Shown here piece after piece: positions 61,391 to 64,000 of a stretch of 64,000 bases of DNA. Both the position numbers and the translations under genes were made by a program. Numbering within the stretch: position 1 is the first letter of the stretch; the number at the start of each line of letters is the position of its first letter. This DNA comes from Spirogloea muscicola (lineage: Eukaryota). Where the stretch lies: assembly GCA_009602725.1 (NCBI GenBank), contig WELB01000011.1, forward strand, positions 794,748-858,747, read 5' to 3'. Below the pieces are notes generated by a model, which saw nothing but the letters and a program-made list of their open reading frames with translations, did no database searches and was not told where the DNA came from.

Positions 61391-64000
61391 CTGGAGGTCG
61401 TGGTCACCAAGTACGCGAGTCGCGCGCTGGTGTACACTGTCGAGGGCGGCCCCCCCATGTTCTTCGACGCCGACGGCCGCGGCCACGACCTCTTTCCCAC
61501 TAGTGAGAGCCGCCACCACCGCCGGCTTTGCTTTTCTTCCTCGCCTGCCGGAGAGGCCTGCCGCCGTCGCTGCCGCCCTTCGTTCGCCTGCGTCCGTTTA
61601 CAGCCACCGTGGGAGCTAGCCACCGACCGACGAGCCCCAGCGGCCGTCTGACGGCTCTTGCGAGTATGGGATTACTGGAAGGCCAAATTGGCTATAAATA
61701 CACTGGCAAGCACACCCAATGACGTACATTCCCCACGGCAACCTCTACCACAGCACTGACAGCAGCCAAGCCACGGGGGCCGCGCCGGCAGTGTATGCGC
61801 TGTGGAAGGCGCCGTCGATGCTGCCGGCGCTGGATCTCAAAGGCGGCGAGGTGTCGCGCTATATCCTCGGCGGCGCCGACCTCATGCTCCCGGGCGTCCG
61901 CGTGCCGCCGGATGGCCTCCCCAGCTTCGCCGAGGGCGAGCCCTGGGCCGTGCGCGTGCCCGACAATGACTACCCCATCGCGGTGAGTCCAGGTCCGCTT
62001 CCTCTTGAGCCGTCTGGCGCCTCCGACCTGAGCTCGCTGCTGCGGAGCTGCATTCGCTGCTGCGGAGCTGCGAGAGCTGCTGCTGCAGCCGCCGCAGCTT
62101 GCTGTGGCGACGGTGCTGATGGTAAGAGTGACGGCGTGCAAAATTACCTAGGTTGGTACGACGATGTTGAGCAGCGGTGACGCGACCAGAACGTCAATGC
62201 GTGGCAAGGCCCTTCACGTCATCCACTATTACGGCGACACCTTGTGGTGTGCGATCAAGCTCCGACTCCAGGGCTTGGTCTCCGTCCCTCCCTCAGCCCC
62301 CTTGTTGTTGCTCTCCTCTTTTGGGAGCTGAAGTCCGTCGTGACGAGCTCCTATGCAATTGGCTCAAGCTCGCATCTCTGCATGAGCGTGGCGGCCAGGG
62401 AGCATGCTGAGGGCCGCTATGTTCCCAACGATGGCTTCCGAGATGGCATCGTTGTTGAGGATCCTGCACGGGCAGCACCACCACCACCAGACCTCCCGGT
62501 AGGCTCGGGCGATGGCAACGGTCACGTCAAGGACCAGCAGGTGGATAACGAGCACCCGTCAGAGAAGGGCAGTCCGGACCCGGAGGTGGCGGGCGGCGTG
62601 ATCCGCCTGTCGATCGACGAGGAGACCCACGACGAGCCAAACGATGAGAAGAACGTGTCATCGCCTGCTCCAGGCGCTGCAGCGCCGCTGAGCGCGGCAG
62701 ACATGGACCAGCTGCTGGAGGACTGCCTCCTCCGTGTGCTGCGGACCAGCATCAAGGACAAGGACCTGCCGCTGGCCTCCAGTACACTCTGGTACTTTTG
62801 ATCGCTCCCTGTTCAATGGGCCACAGCTGCATCCGCCCAGCACATGCAAACTATCTGGCTGATCAATCTTCTACTGCTTACTCTTGTGTGCAACATCAGG
62901 TCAAGTCACATCCTCCCTGCGCGGCCCAGCGGAGTTGTCTTGGACATCAAGAAGTCTTCGCATAAGAAGCTCTCCAAGTGGCTGCAAGCTGAGGCGGCCC
63001 GCGGTCTGGTGAGCACCATGGGTGGCCCTCTTGGCTGCCTGAAGATCGCCCTCACTGCTTGGAGCAGCAAGTCTTGGATACCTTGTGGCTCCTACTTGCA
63101 GAATCTATGCCTAGCAACTAGGGGCTAAGCATTCAGCTTTACCAGGGCTTCACTAACACCATCTAAATGTGCGAGATGTTGGCAATGCAGCTGGTGTGCA
63201 AGGAGGACCGGCACCGGAAGGAGGTGATGGTGATTGCCGTGAACCGCGGCCACGAAGATTACCGGGCATTCAAGCTGCCTGAGGCGACGAGCAGCTCGGA
63301 GCAGGCCCAGATGGCGGGGCCCATTGATGACGGCCCTGCCCAAGAGCGGGGGGGTGCTGCGGGCATTGCAGAGGTTGAGGTCGTGGAGGTGTGGAAGGTC
63401 ACGTCCCATGTCGCGCCTATTGTGGAGGCTGTCGGGGCTGACCCGGCACGCTACTACACAGCCGCCGAGGCCGCGGCAGTCGCCGCTGCTTATGTGGAGC
63501 AGGAGAAGCTGCAAAGTGGCGCCGACCCAGCCATGGTTGTGCTGGATGCGCCGCTGTGCGATGCCCTCCTTAAGGGCGCCGTCAAGAAAGGCACGGCGTA
63601 TCCTACGGAGTTGCACCGGCGAGATGTGGCGGTGGCATTCGTGTCGCGCATGCAGGCTCACCATCGCGTGACACGGGGCAGCGAGAGCGTCGTGCGCCGT
63701 GGGCAGCTGCACAGCGTGCACATATTCGTGGAGCGTCGGCAGGGCAACAAGAAGGTCACCAAGGTGTCGGGCGTGGAGTCGTTCCTGGTCGATCCTCACG
63801 CGCTCGCCTCGGAGCTGCAGAAGAAGTTTGCCAGCAGCACCTCGGTGTCGGAGCTCCCTGGTGGGCTGCCTCTCCTGATGTGTCATTTCAGATTGACAAT
63901 GCAGTAGCACGGACAAGGACTCTTCAATGACCTCTTTCAGGTTGTTAAGCCCTCTGATTGTAGTCGGCTGACATTGCAGGTAAGAAGGACCAATTTGAGG
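61391..64000 (+). CDS. EIF2D: Eukaryotic translation initiation factor 2D (ligatin): PUA, SWIB and SUI1 domains; first exon not found, 3'-partial
   Basis: PMFFDADGRG, YALWK, KGGEVSRYILGGADLMLPG, LDIKKSSHKKLSKWLQ, ERRQGNKKVTKVSGVE and LQKKFASSTSV. Exons join in frame from 61391 and run off the window end. Confidence 0.93.

Overview
Eukaryotic nuclear DNA, intron-rich and gene-dense, with land-plant-like proteins and TTTAGGG-type telomeric motifs. It most resembles a streptophyte green alga; this is an inference and the species is not determined. Eight spliced genes can be reconstructed by hand: (1) midasin/MDN1 (+, 5'-partial, ~34 kb); (2) PUS10 (-); (3, 4) two convergent ceQORH-like quinone oxidoreductase paralogues; (5) an ACP6-like histidine acid phosphatase (-); (6) V-ATPase subunit d (+); (7) a TTI2-like gene (-); (8) MCTS1/MCT-1 (+). 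A ninth gene, eIF2D (+), is incomplete at both ends. The main unexplained signal is gene decay. Midasin has two clear 1-nt frameshifts in conserved motifs. One ceQORH copy has an 8-nt insertion. The other has a frameshift plus a nonsense codon. PUS10 has lost two normally conserved arginines. This fits a redundant duplicated segment, or partly assembly error. Other observations: the paralogues MCTS1 and eIF2D sit in tandem; two unannotated promoter-associated dispersed repeat families are present, one with a conserved hairpin; telo-box clusters lie near the 5' ends of translation-related genes; three head-to-head gene pairs are spaced ~0.95 kb apart; there is a short uORF in front of the TTI2-like gene; and there are four GC-AG introns. 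No tRNA, rRNA, CRISPR array or intact transposase was recognised. All family assignments come from recalled motifs, not database searches.
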